Origin: Bacillota bacterium
GTDB taxonomy: Bacteria > Bacillota > Dehalobacteriia > UBA4068
Length of the DNA: 64,000 nucleotides
Reading direction: 5' to 3'
Assembly: GCA_017440145.1 (NCBI GenBank)
Contig: JAFSHU010000036.1
Location: forward strand, 14,387-78,386
Made by a program: the position numbers and the translations under genes. The notes under the pieces are model-generated. The model made no database searches and was not told the origin of the DNA. It saw only the letters and a list, made by a program, of their open reading frames with translations. Positions 1 through 8,701 of the stretch are shown here, one piece after another. Each line of letters begins with the position of its first letter. Position 1 is the stretch's first letter.

Positions 1-224
1 GCTAAGAAAGCCATAGATTTATTGCAGCCCTCTTCCTCCAGCTCCTTGATTCGCTTTGGGGAGATATCAGCCTTCGCCTTGATCTCCTGGTAAGCCTCAT
101 TGGGAATACGGCCAATATCTGCCAGAGCCTCGCAGGCGATGACAGACACATCCAGCATAAGCTGATAGCGATTTTCAGAGCTGAATACTTTGCCCATTTC
201 CGGCAAGGTGTATTGTGCGAGCAT
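1..224 (-). CDS. purB: adenylosuccinate lyase, N-terminal part only (gene continues beyond the window start)
   Basis: Reverse-complement of 1-224 translates from ATG (cat at 222-224) as MLAQYTLPEMGKVFSSENRYQLMLDVSVIACEALADIGRIP, the typical PurB N-terminus; no stop before the window edge. Confidence 0.6.
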   Translation of the reverse strand, partial: MLAQYTLPEMGKVFSSENRYQLMLDVSVIACEALADIGRIPNEAYQEIKAKADISPKRIKELEEEGCNKSMAFL

Positions 225-236
225 AAGTTCCCCCTG

Positions 237-1187
237 CTATTTTACGCGGATGGCGAATTCAGGACAATCAGCAGCGCAATAGCCGCAGAGCAGGCATTTG
301 CTTTCGTCCACAGCCGGTTTTCCATCTTTCATCTCCAAGGCAAAGGAGGGGCAGGTTTTGATGCACTGGCCGCAGCCACTGCAAAGAGAAGCCATAAGCG
401 CCCAGGTTTTGCCGCTCTTCAGCCCGGTAAGATCCTCTTTGCTTACGGGTTCATCGTTGAAAATCCGCAGGTTCAGAGCCAGCTCCTGCATGCGAACCAT
501 ACCAACGGCATGGGCAGCGAGCTGCGGGATGGCACGGCCGTAGGCGATGGCATCCTGAATTTGATCCAGAAGGGAACCGCCGCCCAGCAGTTTCATGGAG
601 TAGAGCGCCTTTCCGGCTGCTGCTGCATCCTCGATCGCTTTTTTCATTTCGTCTGCATTGCCGCCGATGATGCCCAGAGAAGCCTTGTTGATCAGGGTGA
701 AGATCACATCCACCTCGGGCACGGCGGTCAGGGCCTGCACTGCGGAAATGGCATGGGTGGAAGCACCAATGGCGCGGAGGTAACCTTTTTGTTTATAATC
801 CATCAGGCATTCCCAGGCGCCGGGGCGTTTCTCGATGGGGTTGCCTTCCACACGAGCCGCATGGAGCAGGAAAATATCGATGTAATCCCGTTTCAGCTCC
901 TTCAGCGCTTCCTGAATGGCAGCTTCCATCTCTGCATAATCGGCAGCCGTGGATTTGCTGGTGATGATCACATCGTTATGGTAATTCTCCAGAGCATGGC
1001 GCAGATGCGGGTAAGTACGGTACATTTGTGCGGTATCAAAGAAATTGATGCCATTATTCATGGCCTCCAGAATGATGTCGCCGCCTTCACGGACATCCAC
1101 ATTGGTTTGCAGCGGCCCCATGGGCAGAACGCCAAAGCACAGCTCACTCACCTTCAAACCGGTCTGGCCCAAAAAATTATATTTCAT
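237..1187 (-). CDS. aldo/keto reductase fused to a C-terminal 2x[4Fe-4S] ferredoxin domain
   Basis: Likely start MKYNFLGQTGLKVSELCFG (AKR signature) with GGGAGGA RBS; C-terminus CSGCGQCIKTCP...CLLCGYCAADCP gives two CxxCxxCxxxCP motifs. The track ORF 237..1280 extends upstream of the true start. Confidence 0.8.
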   Translation of the reverse strand: MKYNFLGQTGLKVSELCFGVLPMGPLQTNVDVREGGDIILEAMNNGINFFDTAQMYRTYPHLRHALENYHNDVIITSKSTAADYAEMEAAIQEALKELKRDYIDIFLLHAARVEGNPIEKRPGAWECLMDYKQKGYLRAIGASTHAISAVQALTAVPEVDVIFTLINKASLGIIGGNADEMKKAIEDAAAAGKALYSMKLLGGGSLLDQIQDAIAYGRAIPQLAAHAVGMVRMQELALNLRIFNDEPVSKEDLTGLKSGKTWALMASLCSGCGQCIKTCPSFALEMKDGKPAVDESKCLLCGYCAADCPEFAIRVK

Positions 1188-1369
1188 AATTGTCCTCCCA
1201 ATATAGGAATTCTCCAATGATTTATGAAGTATATTATAACACGTTCTCTGTTTTATGCCAATAACTTGACAAAGCAACACGAAATATTTTATTATAAGAA
1301 AGCAATGGGCGGCCCGAGCATCAGCCGCTGATTTTATTATATGCTTTTGAAGAAAGGTAGGTTTGATCG

Positions 1370-2602
1370 ATGCAGAACGTATTTGACTTACTGGAGGAAC
1401 GGGGTTTTATTGAACAATCCACCAACGCAGAGGAAGTTCGCGAGATGCTGGGCAGCGGCCCGGTCACGTTTTATATCGGCTTTGACCCCACTGCGGATAG
1501 CCTCCATGTAGGCCATTTTCTTCAGGTTATGGTCATGATGCATATGCAGCGGGCCGGTCATCGTCCCATCGCTTTAATCGGTGGCGGCACCACCATGGTG
1601 GGCGATCCTTCCGGGCGTACGGATATGCGCTCCATGATGACCCAGGAGACCATTGCTGCCAATGCTGAGAAATTTAAAAAGCAGCTGTCTCGTTTTATTG
1701 ATTTTGATTGTGAAGGCGGCGCCATTATGGTGAACAATGCAGATTGGCTGCTTCCTTTGAATTATATCGAATTCCTGCGGGATTACGGGAAATTCTTCTC
1801 CGTGAACCGCATGCTCACTGCGGAATGCTTCAAAAGCCGCATGGAAAAAGGCCTCACCTTCCTGGAATTCAACTACATGCTGATGCAGTCCTATGACTTC
1901 CTGGAATTGTACCGCCGCTATGGCGCACGGCTGGAGCTGGGCGGCAACGACCAGTGGTCCAATATTCTGGCCGGTGCCGATCTAATCCGCCGGGTGGAAG
2001 GTGCAACGGCCCATGCGCTCACCTTCAAGCTCCTGACCACCAGTGCCGGCGTAAAGATGGGTAAAACGGTAGGCGGCGCGGTCTGGATCGATCCGGAAAA
2101 GACTTCTCCTTACGAGTTCTATCAGTATTGGCGCAATATCGATGACGCAGACGTGGCAAACTGCCTGGCTCTGCTCACCTTTATTCCTATGGATGAAGTC
2201 CGGGCCATCACGGATATGGAGAATGGCGCGGACATCAATAAGGCAAAAGAACGCCTGGCCTATGAAGTGACCGCGCTGGTTCACGGCCAGGAAGAAGCCG
2301 AAAAATCTCAGGCGGCTGCCAAGGCTCTCTTCGGCGGCGGCGGGGATATGGCGAATATGCCCTGCACCCAGATCCCGGCAGCAGAATTCGGGGAAGGAAT
2401 GGATATCATTTCTCTGATGCAGCGCTGCCAGCTGGTCAGCTCCAGCAGCGAAGCGCGCCGTCTCATCAAAGATGGTGGCGTTTACCTGAACAATGAACGC
2501 GTTGCAGCCCATGACCAGCTCGTCACCAAGGCAGATATGCCGGAAGGCTATGCCCTGATCCGCAAAGGGAAAAAGGTTTTCCACAAAGTTGAAGTAATTT
2601 AG
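1370..2602 (+). CDS. tyrS: tyrosine--tRNA ligase
   Basis: HVGH (HIGH-class) and KMGKT (KMSKS) motifs, C-terminal S4-like domain, 410 aa. Confidence 0.95.
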   Translation: MQNVFDLLEERGFIEQSTNAEEVREMLGSGPVTFYIGFDPTADSLHVGHFLQVMVMMHMQRAGHRPIALIGGGTTMVGDPSGRTDMRSMMTQETIAANAEKFKKQLSRFIDFDCEGGAIMVNNADWLLPLNYIEFLRDYGKFFSVNRMLTAECFKSRMEKGLTFLEFNYMLMQSYDFLELYRRYGARLELGGNDQWSNILAGADLIRRVEGATAHALTFKLLTTSAGVKMGKTVGGAVWIDPEKTSPYEFYQYWRNIDDADVANCLALLTFIPMDEVRAITDMENGADINKAKERLAYEVTALVHGQEEAEKSQAAAKALFGGGGDMANMPCTQIPAAEFGEGMDIISLMQRCQLVSSSSEARRLIKDGGVYLNNERVAAHDQLVTKADMPEGYALIRKGKKVFHKVEVI

Positions 2603-2623
2603 TTCCGTTGAGACTTGATTTTA

Positions 2624-2659
2624 AGAGAGGCAGGCGCTTCGCCTGCCTCTCTTTTTCTG
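2624..2659 (+). terminator. rho-independent terminator downstream of tyrS
   Basis: AGAGAGGCAGGCG-CTTC-GCCTGCCTCTCT stem-loop followed by TTTTCTG. Confidence 0.6.
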
Positions 2660-2861
2660 CCTGCAGCTTCGGATTTGTTTCCGGAGCTGTTTTTTGTTCT
2701 GAATTTGTTGCAGAAGAAGCTTTTTCTGTCAGCTGCTTTTCTGCAGTAAAATGAGGAGGGTTTTTTCTTGCTTTCGCATATTCCTCCTCGCTTGGGGCAG
2801 GCTATAAGGGAATCCCTGCCGGGAAAAAGGCTCTTTCCCGGCACAGAATTGAGGTGATCTC

Positions 2862-4355
2862 ATGGGTTCCCGCATAGAGCTGAAAAAGCAGATCAGCCGG
2901 AATCTGGAAGAAAATATACAGGCAATCTATGCTTCTACCGCTGCCAGCATGGATATTGTCGTGCGCCGCTTTCGCCTGGGAAATGGGCAGGAGGCTGCTG
3001 CTTTTTTTATTGATGGCCTGGTCAGCAAGGATTTGATGGGGCGAGATTTTTTTGAGCCGCTGATGCATGCGAAAAAAGAGGGGATCTGGACCGCGGAGCT
3101 TCTGGCAGCAGAGGTGATCCATTCCGGGGAAGTGAACGTGGAAACGGAATTTTCCACGCTCTTTGAGAATGTCCTTCAGGGCTTGATTGGACTTTTCATC
3201 GACGGCTGCAGCACGGCCATCACCATAGAGATCATCAGCTGGCCCCAGCGTTCTATTGGCGAGCCGGAAACGGATGTGGTCATCCGTGGGCCAAGAGAGG
3301 GCTTCATCGAAAGCGTCCGTATGAATGTGGCCCTGCTGCGGCGAAAGATCCACCACCCGGATTTTACCGTGGAAACCGTCCGGCTGGGGAGATACAGCCA
3401 GACGGATGTTTGCCTGGTTTATGTCAGCAGCATTGTGAATCAGGGTGTTCTGCAAAAGATTAAGCAGCGGCTGGAGAAGATCGATATGGATGGTTTGATG
3501 GATAGCGGAATCATCGAGCAGCTGATCCAGGACACCCCCTTCTCCCTGTTTCCCACCATTGGGGTCGCAGAAAAGCCGGATATTGCAGCCTCCCGCATCC
3601 TGGAGGGGCGTGTTGTGCTGATGCTGGATGGTTCCCCCATTGCTTTGACCATCCCCATGCTTTTTGTTGAGGGGCTGCAGAATTCGGAGGACTATTATAC
3701 CCGATTTTATTATGCTTCCTGGCTGCGCCTGGTGCGCTTTATCGCTTTTGTGCTGAACATCTATCTGCCGGGATTTTTTCTGGCAGCATCCGGCTTTCAT
3801 CAGCAGCTTATCCCTTTTAAGCTCCTGCTTTCCATGTCCGCAGCAGAATCCGTGACGCCTTTTTCCACCGGTGTCTCCATGCTGCTGATCTGGATCGTTT
3901 ATGAGATCCTCAGGGAAGCAGGTGTGCGACTGCCAAGACCGGCCGGGCAGGCCATCAGCATCGTTGGTGCCATCGTTATGGGGGATGCGGCGGTGAATGC
4001 GAATTTGATTTCAGCGCCTGTTTTGATCGTCCTGGCGGTGACCATTGTAGCTTCTTTCGTGAATTCTGCCTATACGGATGCATCCTCCATCCTTCGGCTT
4101 TGCTTTCTGCTGCTGGGCTGGCTGCTGGGGCTGTTTGGGCTCTTTTTGGGAACCGCCATCCTGCGGCTTTACCTTTGCTCCCTGGAGAGCTTCGGCACTC
4201 CCTTTTTCGCGCCTTTCGGCCCGATGTTTCCACGGCAGGCAGGGGATACCATGGTACGAATGCCATTGTGGCTGCTGCGTTTTCGTCCCAGTGAGCTGAG
4301 CCGCAACCATCGGCGAATGGCAGATATGGCCCCGGGAAAGGAGGATAAACGATGA
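2862..4355 (+). CDS. spore germination protein, GerA/GerKA (A-subunit) family
   Basis: 497 aa; soluble N-domain then a C-terminal multi-pass membrane region typical of germinant-receptor A subunits; RBS GAGGTGA; first gene of a three-gene ger operon. Confidence 0.8.
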   Translation: MGSRIELKKQISRNLEENIQAIYASTAASMDIVVRRFRLGNGQEAAAFFIDGLVSKDLMGRDFFEPLMHAKKEGIWTAELLAAEVIHSGEVNVETEFSTLFENVLQGLIGLFIDGCSTAITIEIISWPQRSIGEPETDVVIRGPREGFIESVRMNVALLRRKIHHPDFTVETVRLGRYSQTDVCLVYVSSIVNQGVLQKIKQRLEKIDMDGLMDSGIIEQLIQDTPFSLFPTIGVAEKPDIAASRILEGRVVLMLDGSPIALTIPMLFVEGLQNSEDYYTRFYYASWLRLVRFIAFVLNIYLPGFFLAASGFHQQLIPFKLLLSMSAAESVTPFSTGVSMLLIWIVYEILREAGVRLPRPAGQAISIVGAIVMGDAAVNANLISAPVLIVLAVTIVASFVNSAYTDASSILRLCFLLLGWLLGLFGLFLGTAILRLYLCSLESFGTPFFAPFGPMFPRQAGDTMVRMPLWLLRFRPSELSRNHRRMADMAPGKEDKR

Positions 4356-5011
4356 ATGCTTATTTGCAGCGGCTCCGTCCCCTGGCCTTTTTACCGGCGC
4401 TGCTTCTGCTTCTTACCGTTGTCGTGGCAGAGCAGGACAGAACAGAGCTTTCCGAGATGGCTCTGGTGATCGGTCTGGGGCTGGATGCCAATCCGAAAGG
4501 GGGGGAGCCCTGGGAGCTCACTGTGGAGCTGGCCTATAAACAACAGAATGATTCCCCCGGGGAGAAGCAGGTCTTTACTGCTGCGGGGGGAAGCTGGGAA
4601 GAATTGCGGGAAGAGCTGGGAAAGGTCCTGGATAAGAATGCTCACTGGAGCAGCGCCAGCCTGCTGATTCTGGGTGGGCCGGTTTTGGAAACAGCAGAAG
4701 GGAAGGAATTGCTGCGCAGCATCTTTTTGGATCCAAAAATCAATGGGGAGCTGCTTCTGGCTGTTTCCGCAGAAGAGCCCTCCCAGGTGTTTTCCGCTTC
4801 CTTTGGGGAGAGCAACTACCTTTCCGCCGGTTTGGAGCAGGGCCTGCGTCTCCAGGCAAAGACGCAGGAAAAGCAGGCGGTCAGTTTGTTTGATTACATG
4901 GAGCAGGTACTGGCTCTGGAAGGGAGCCTGGCTGTCCCGATCATCCATTTGGAAAAGCAGGAAGACCAGGCAGAAGCAGCGATAGCAAAAGAAAGCTATC
5001 TTGCATTTTAA
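4352..5011 (+). CDS. Ger(x)C-like germinant receptor C-subunit, short form
   Basis: ATGA overlap with the upstream gene; hydrophobic N-terminus then an ELSEMALVIGLGLD motif resembling the GerAC N-domain; only 219 aa and no lipobox cysteine. Confidence 0.5.
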   Translation: MNAYLQRLRPLAFLPALLLLLTVVVAEQDRTELSEMALVIGLGLDANPKGGEPWELTVELAYKQQNDSPGEKQVFTAAGGSWEELREELGKVLDKNAHWSSASLLILGGPVLETAEGKELLRSIFLDPKINGELLLAVSAEEPSQVFSASFGESNYLSAGLEQGLRLQAKTQEKQAVSLFDYMEQVLALEGSLAVPIIHLEKQEDQAEAAIAKESYLAF

Positions 5012-5021
5012 CAGGTGAACT

Positions 5022-5954
5022 ATGGATAAGGAAAAAACATTGACAAAAACCCAATGGGCTGCTGTGGCGGCCATGACCTGGCTGGCCCCGATCGCTTGCT
5101 TGTCAGAGGCAAACAGCAGTTTGGGCGTGGATAAGTTCTGGGTTCTGGCGCCCGCCCTTGTTCTTGCTTTGGGGCTGGGTCTGCTGCTTTTGTGGCTTGC
5201 TTCGGCTTCATCTCTTTTTTCCAGATTACGGGACGCTGCTTCCTTTGGGGCGCAGCTGCTGCGCTGGCTTTTGGCTCTGTATTTATTGCTGGTGGCAGGT
5301 CGTTTTCTTTCCACCATTTCTTCTATGTGGTTGGCCTGGGCAGGTGCGGAGACGCCCCGCTGGGTATTTCTCTTGCTTCTGCTGGCTATCGCAGCTTATG
5401 GTCTGCACAGAGGCTCTTCTGCGATCCTGCGCTGGGCTGTTCTGGAGATGCTGGCCCTGCCGGTTCTGGCCATTCTGGATACGCTGCTTTTGCTGCCGAA
5501 AATGCGCTGGGAGCGTTTGAATTTTATGCCCAGCTGGGAGCCGGCATGGGGAGAGGGGCTTTTTGTGTATCTTGCCTTGCTCGCGGCAACTCTGCCTGTG
5601 CTTTTATGGTACGGCGCTTTGCCGAAAAGTCAAAACCGCAAAGCTGCATTGTGGGGCTGGCTGCTCAGTGGCCTTTATTTGCTTTTGCTGCTGATCCGGG
5701 ATGCATTGGTACAGGGTGCCCTGAGCACCTGGGAACGATTCCCCCTGCTGCGGACTTTGAAAATGGTTGAATTGGGTGTTGGGCTGAACCGCATGGAGTT
5801 TTTGGCCATTTTAATGCTGATGGGCGTGATGCTGGCTGCCGTGATGCTCGTATCCGCAGCCGCTCGGGAGATGTTTGAGCGCAGTCCGGTTTTGGGGAGG
5901 AATGGCAGCATAATATTATCGATAATTCTCTTGGCGGCAGCGGCTTTGTTGTGA
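5022..5954 (+). CDS. spore germination protein B-subunit-like polytopic membrane protein (GerAB / amino-acid-permease-like)
   Basis: 310 aa, about 9-10 predicted TM helices, Leu/Trp-rich; position completes an A-C-B germinant receptor operon. Confidence 0.5.
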   Translation: MDKEKTLTKTQWAAVAAMTWLAPIACLSEANSSLGVDKFWVLAPALVLALGLGLLLLWLASASSLFSRLRDAASFGAQLLRWLLALYLLLVAGRFLSTISSMWLAWAGAETPRWVFLLLLLAIAAYGLHRGSSAILRWAVLEMLALPVLAILDTLLLLPKMRWERLNFMPSWEPAWGEGLFVYLALLAATLPVLLWYGALPKSQNRKAALWGWLLSGLYLLLLLIRDALVQGALSTWERFPLLRTLKMVELGVGLNRMEFLAILMLMGVMLAAVMLVSAAAREMFERSPVLGRNGSIILSIILLAAAALL

Positions 5955-6002
5955 TATACTCTATAAGTAAAGCATTGTTTGGGCAGAAAGCTAAAAAAAC
6001 AG

Positions 6003-6031
6003 TTGACTCCTTCTTATTCGTAATGTAATAT
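6003..6031 (+). promoter_or_regulatory. sigma-A-type promoter for yerC
   Basis: TTGACT, 17 nt spacer, TAATAT. Confidence 0.45.
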
Positions 6032-6046
6032 TTTAGTATAGCATAG

Positions 6047-6081
6047 CGTCACAGCGGGAAGGTGTATCCCCCGCCGTGACG
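6047..6081 (+). promoter_or_regulatory. 12-bp stem-loop in the yerC 5' leader
   Basis: CGTCACAGCGGG-(11 nt loop)-CCCGCCGTGACG with one mismatch, between the -10 element and the RBS. Confidence 0.4.
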
Positions 6082-6107
6082 CGGAACGCGAAAGAGGGGG
6101 CGCTGCT

Positions 6108-6404
6108 GTGGAAAATAAAATCAGAAGTGAGAGTATCGATGAGTTGTTCCAGGCTTTGTTAGCTTTGCGGGATCAGGAAGAATGCTATCGCTTTTTTGCG
6201 GATTTGACAACCATTCCGGAAATCAAATCCCTGGCGCAGCGTCTTCAGGTGGCAAAATTATTGATGCAGAACGAAACCTATACCGTGATCTCCAAAAGCA
6301 CAGGGGCCTCTACTGCTACCATCAGCAGAGTGAAAAACGCTTTATTTTACGGTTCAGACGGCTATAAGCTGATCATCGACAGATTAAAGAATAATCAAGA
6401 ATAA
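6108..6404 (+). CDS. yerC: TrpR-like YerC/YecD family protein
   Basis: 98 aa, GTG start after an AGAGGGGG RBS; LAQRLQVAKLL...TYTVISKSTGASTATISRV helix-turn-helix typical of YerC/YecD. Confidence 0.8.
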   Translation: MENKIRSESIDELFQALLALRDQEECYRFFADLTTIPEIKSLAQRLQVAKLLMQNETYTVISKSTGASTATISRVKNALFYGSDGYKLIIDRLKNNQE

Positions 6405-6417
6405 GGAGAGCAGAACA

Positions 6418-7137
6418 GTGGAAATCATCCCGGCTATCGATATCAGAGAAGGTGCTTGTGCCCGCGTATTGGGGGATGTTCCCCCGGAAGCGGATATCTA
6501 TGCTGAAAATCCTTTGGAGCAGGCGATTATCATGCGGGAACTGGGCGCGGAATGGGTTCATATTACCGATCTGGATGGCGCCTTTTCCGGGCATCTTTGC
6601 AATTTACATAATATCCAGGAAATTGTTGAGCTGTCCGGTGTGAAGGTGCAGCATTCCGGCGGGATCCGCAGCCTGGAGCATATTGGGACCCTGCTCGCCA
6701 TGGGCGTCAGCCGTGTGGTTCTGGGCGCTTCTGTGCTGCGGAATCAGAGTCTGGTTCGTCAGGCTTATGAGAAATTTGGCGATCAGGTGATTCCCGGCGT
6801 TGACGGCCGCGATGGGGATGTTTCGATCGAGGGCTTCGAAACCACAACCAGTACCACTGTTCCCCAACTTCTTGAAGAGCTGGGCAATATTGGCTTCTCG
6901 CGCGCGATCTATACGGATTTGCGTCGTTATGGCACCATGCGCGGCCCGGATATGGAAGCGATCCGGCAGGTTCTGGCTTCCAGCAAGATGAAAACCTGGG
7001 TGGCTGGCGGGATTGCCAACTACGATATGATCCAGCAGCTGAAAGCCGCAGGTGATGTAGAAGGCCTCATTATCGGTAAGGCCATCTATACCGGTGCGAT
7101 CAATCTGAAAGAAGCGCTGGCAATCGCAAAGGCATAG
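6418..7137 (+). CDS. hisA: HisA-family (beta/alpha)8 isomerase (ProFAR isomerase-like; could be a PriA-like dual HisA/TrpF enzyme)
   Basis: MEIIPAIDI..G..VRL N-terminus, internal GGGIRS and GGI motifs, C-terminal GLIIGKAIY; 239 aa; no other his genes nearby. Confidence 0.8.
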   Translation: MEIIPAIDIREGACARVLGDVPPEADIYAENPLEQAIIMRELGAEWVHITDLDGAFSGHLCNLHNIQEIVELSGVKVQHSGGIRSLEHIGTLLAMGVSRVVLGASVLRNQSLVRQAYEKFGDQVIPGVDGRDGDVSIEGFETTTSTTVPQLLEELGNIGFSRAIYTDLRRYGTMRGPDMEAIRQVLASSKMKTWVAGGIANYDMIQQLKAAGDVEGLIIGKAIYTGAINLKEALAIAKA

Positions 7138-7201
7138 AACAGGCTGGAGCTTCCCTTTGGGAAGCACGGCCTTTTGCGGGAAAAATATATGAGAACTTTT
7201 G

Positions 7202-7257
7202 GCTCTTCATGAGCTGCGGTTTTTGCTGCAGCTTCATGAAGAGCTTTGTTTTTTCTG
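7202..7257 (+). terminator. strong rho-independent terminator after the hisA-like gene
   Basis: 16-bp perfect stem GCTCTTCATGAGCTGC/GCAGCTTCATGAAGAGC followed by TTTGTTTTTTCT; preceded by a second small hairpin GCTTCCC/GGGAAGC at about 7149-7165. Confidence 0.7.
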
Positions 7258-7295
7258 GAGAAATATTTTTCCTGCAAAAAAGAAACTGTTTCCTA

Positions 7296-7324
7296 TTGAC
7301 TGCAGTGGTTTTTTTTGTTAGAAT
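7296..7324 (+). promoter_or_regulatory. sigma-A-type promoter for the DUF3793-flavodoxin operon
   Basis: TTGACT, 17 nt spacer, TAGAAT; the TSS would fall at about 7331. Confidence 0.5.
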
Positions 7325-7526
7325 TCGGTTAGTCGAAGCTAACCAACTTCGATTTTTTATTGCTTATTGGTTAGATGGAGCTAACTTTTGTGAAAAGGGA
7401 TACTTCCGTAAAAAACAGTCAATATTACACAGAGAAGGCTTTCTCGTTTTCATTTTGTTTGCCTTCGGAAGGCTCTTTCTTTGGTTTTCCCTTCCCCGAA
7501 AACATCCCCGAAAAGAGGTGTATCAT
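7325..7526 (+). ncRNA. about 200 nt structured 5' leader, a candidate attenuator or riboswitch of unknown class
   Basis: GGTTAG-TCGAAG-CTAACC-AA-CTTCGA-UUUUUU gives two mutually exclusive hairpins, one of them an intrinsic terminator; a second GGTTAG-ATGGAG-CTAAC-UUUUG copy; GAAGGC/GCCTTC/GAAGGC alternative pairing; tandem CCCCGAAAA repeats; then RBS AAAGAGGTG. Confidence 0.4.
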
Positions 7527-8078
7527 TTGCTGGATCATTATCTGATAGAACATTGCTCGCCTACATTGGCATGTTTAAAAACTGCAAATCTTTTTTCCTT
7601 TGCCTGCTCATCCCGGGATGAGCTGCGGCATCATATCCGGGACTGCAATCAGTGTTTGTTTGGCACCGGTGTTTCGCTTACTGTATTGGCAGAACGGGAA
7701 CGCAGCGCTTTGGTTTATGTTTTCCGTCGGGATAAATTGGTGGAAGATCTGAAGAAACCCGGTGTGAAGGAGCTTTTGGCCCGCTATGGTTATGAGCGCT
7801 TTTCTCCCGGGGCTGCCTTATCCATGCTGCGGCAGCGTTTTCGGAATTGCCGGGAATTTCCTCATGAGATCGGTTTGTTCCTGGGCTATCCGCTGGGAGA
7901 TGTGAGGGGCTTTATTGAAAATGGCGGCAAAAACTGCAAATGCTCCGGCTGCTGGAAGGTTTACGGCAATGAGCAGGAGGTACTGCGCTTGTTTGAAAAA
8001 TATAGGAAATGTCGGGAAGCCTATCGGAAAAGCTTTCGCTTGGGGAAGAATATCCGTCAGCTGACCGTATCGGCATAA
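7527..8078 (+). CDS. DUF3793 family protein (183 aa)
   Basis: TTG start 8 nt after AAAGAGG; MLDHYLIEHCSPTLACLKTANLF...HEIGLFLGYPLGDV matches DUF3793. The track ORF 7209..8078 runs upstream through a terminator and a promoter and is not credible there. Confidence 0.6.
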   Translation: MLDHYLIEHCSPTLACLKTANLFSFACSSRDELRHHIRDCNQCLFGTGVSLTVLAERERSALVYVFRRDKLVEDLKKPGVKELLARYGYERFSPGAALSMLRQRFRNCREFPHEIGLFLGYPLGDVRGFIENGGKNCKCSGCWKVYGNEQEVLRLFEKYRKCREAYRKSFRLGKNIRQLTVSA

Positions 8079-8103
8079 AAACAAAGGAAAGAGGGATTTT
8101 GAA

Positions 8104-8526
8104 ATGAGTAAAGTTGCAGTTGTCTATTGGAGTGGTACCGGAAATACGGAAGCCATGGCGGAAAAGGTCGCAGAAGGCGCAAAAAGCCTGGCTGCAGAGG
8201 TGGATTTGCTTACTGCGGATCAGTTCAGCGCATCCATGCTGGATGACTATGCTTCAGTGGCTTTTGGCTGCCCTTCCATGGGCGCGGAGGAGCTGGAAGA
8301 AAGTGAATTCGCTCCCATGTTTGATGCTTGCCGGCCGATGCTGCAGGGAAGAAAGATCGCTTTGTTTGGCTCCTATGGCTGGGGAGATGGAGAATGGATG
8401 CGTACCTGGGAGGAGGATTGCAAGGAGGCCGGTGCGGTTCTGCTTTGCGAGCCGGTGATCTGCAATGAGTCCCCTGATGAGGAAGCCGCTCAGGCCTGTC
8501 TGGAGCTGGGCAAAGCTCTGGTCTAG
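8104..8526 (+). CDS. short-chain flavodoxin
   Basis: MSKVAVVYWSGTGNTEAMAE FMN-binding signature, 140 aa; 25 nt downstream of the DUF3793 gene, probably co-transcribed. Confidence 0.85.
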   Translation: MSKVAVVYWSGTGNTEAMAEKVAEGAKSLAAEVDLLTADQFSASMLDDYASVAFGCPSMGAEELEESEFAPMFDACRPMLQGRKIALFGSYGWGDGEWMRTWEEDCKEAGAVLLCEPVICNESPDEEAAQACLELGKALV

Positions 8527-8650
8527 CGAAGCCCGGATCAGCATAGGCTGAGGAATCTGTGCTTGCTTTCTGCTGGCGGCGTGTTTTTGGGGAGAAACAG
8601 AGATTTTTCCTGCATGTGAGCCTACGACCGGAGAAGCTGCTGGATTACAA

Positions 8651-8688
8651 AAAAATACCCAGGCGATTATATCGTCTGGGTATTTTTT
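8651..8688. terminator. bidirectional terminator between flavodoxin (+) and typA (-)
   Basis: AAAATACCCAGGCGAT/ATCGTCTGGGTATTTT stem with one G.U pair, flanked by A-runs and T-runs. Confidence 0.65.
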
Positions 8689-8701
8689 ATAAGCAGAAAT
8701 T

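Noticed and set aside
1188-1369. T-box riboswitch upstream of tyrS
   Set aside because: The leader is too short (about 95 nt) and has no specifier-loop or T-box-sequence architecture.
7209-7526. N-terminal 106 codons of the track ORF 7209-8078
   Set aside because: This segment contains a 16-bp-stem terminator, a sigma-A promoter and multiple RNA hairpins. The conserved DUF3793 domain starts at the TTG at 7527, which has a good RBS.
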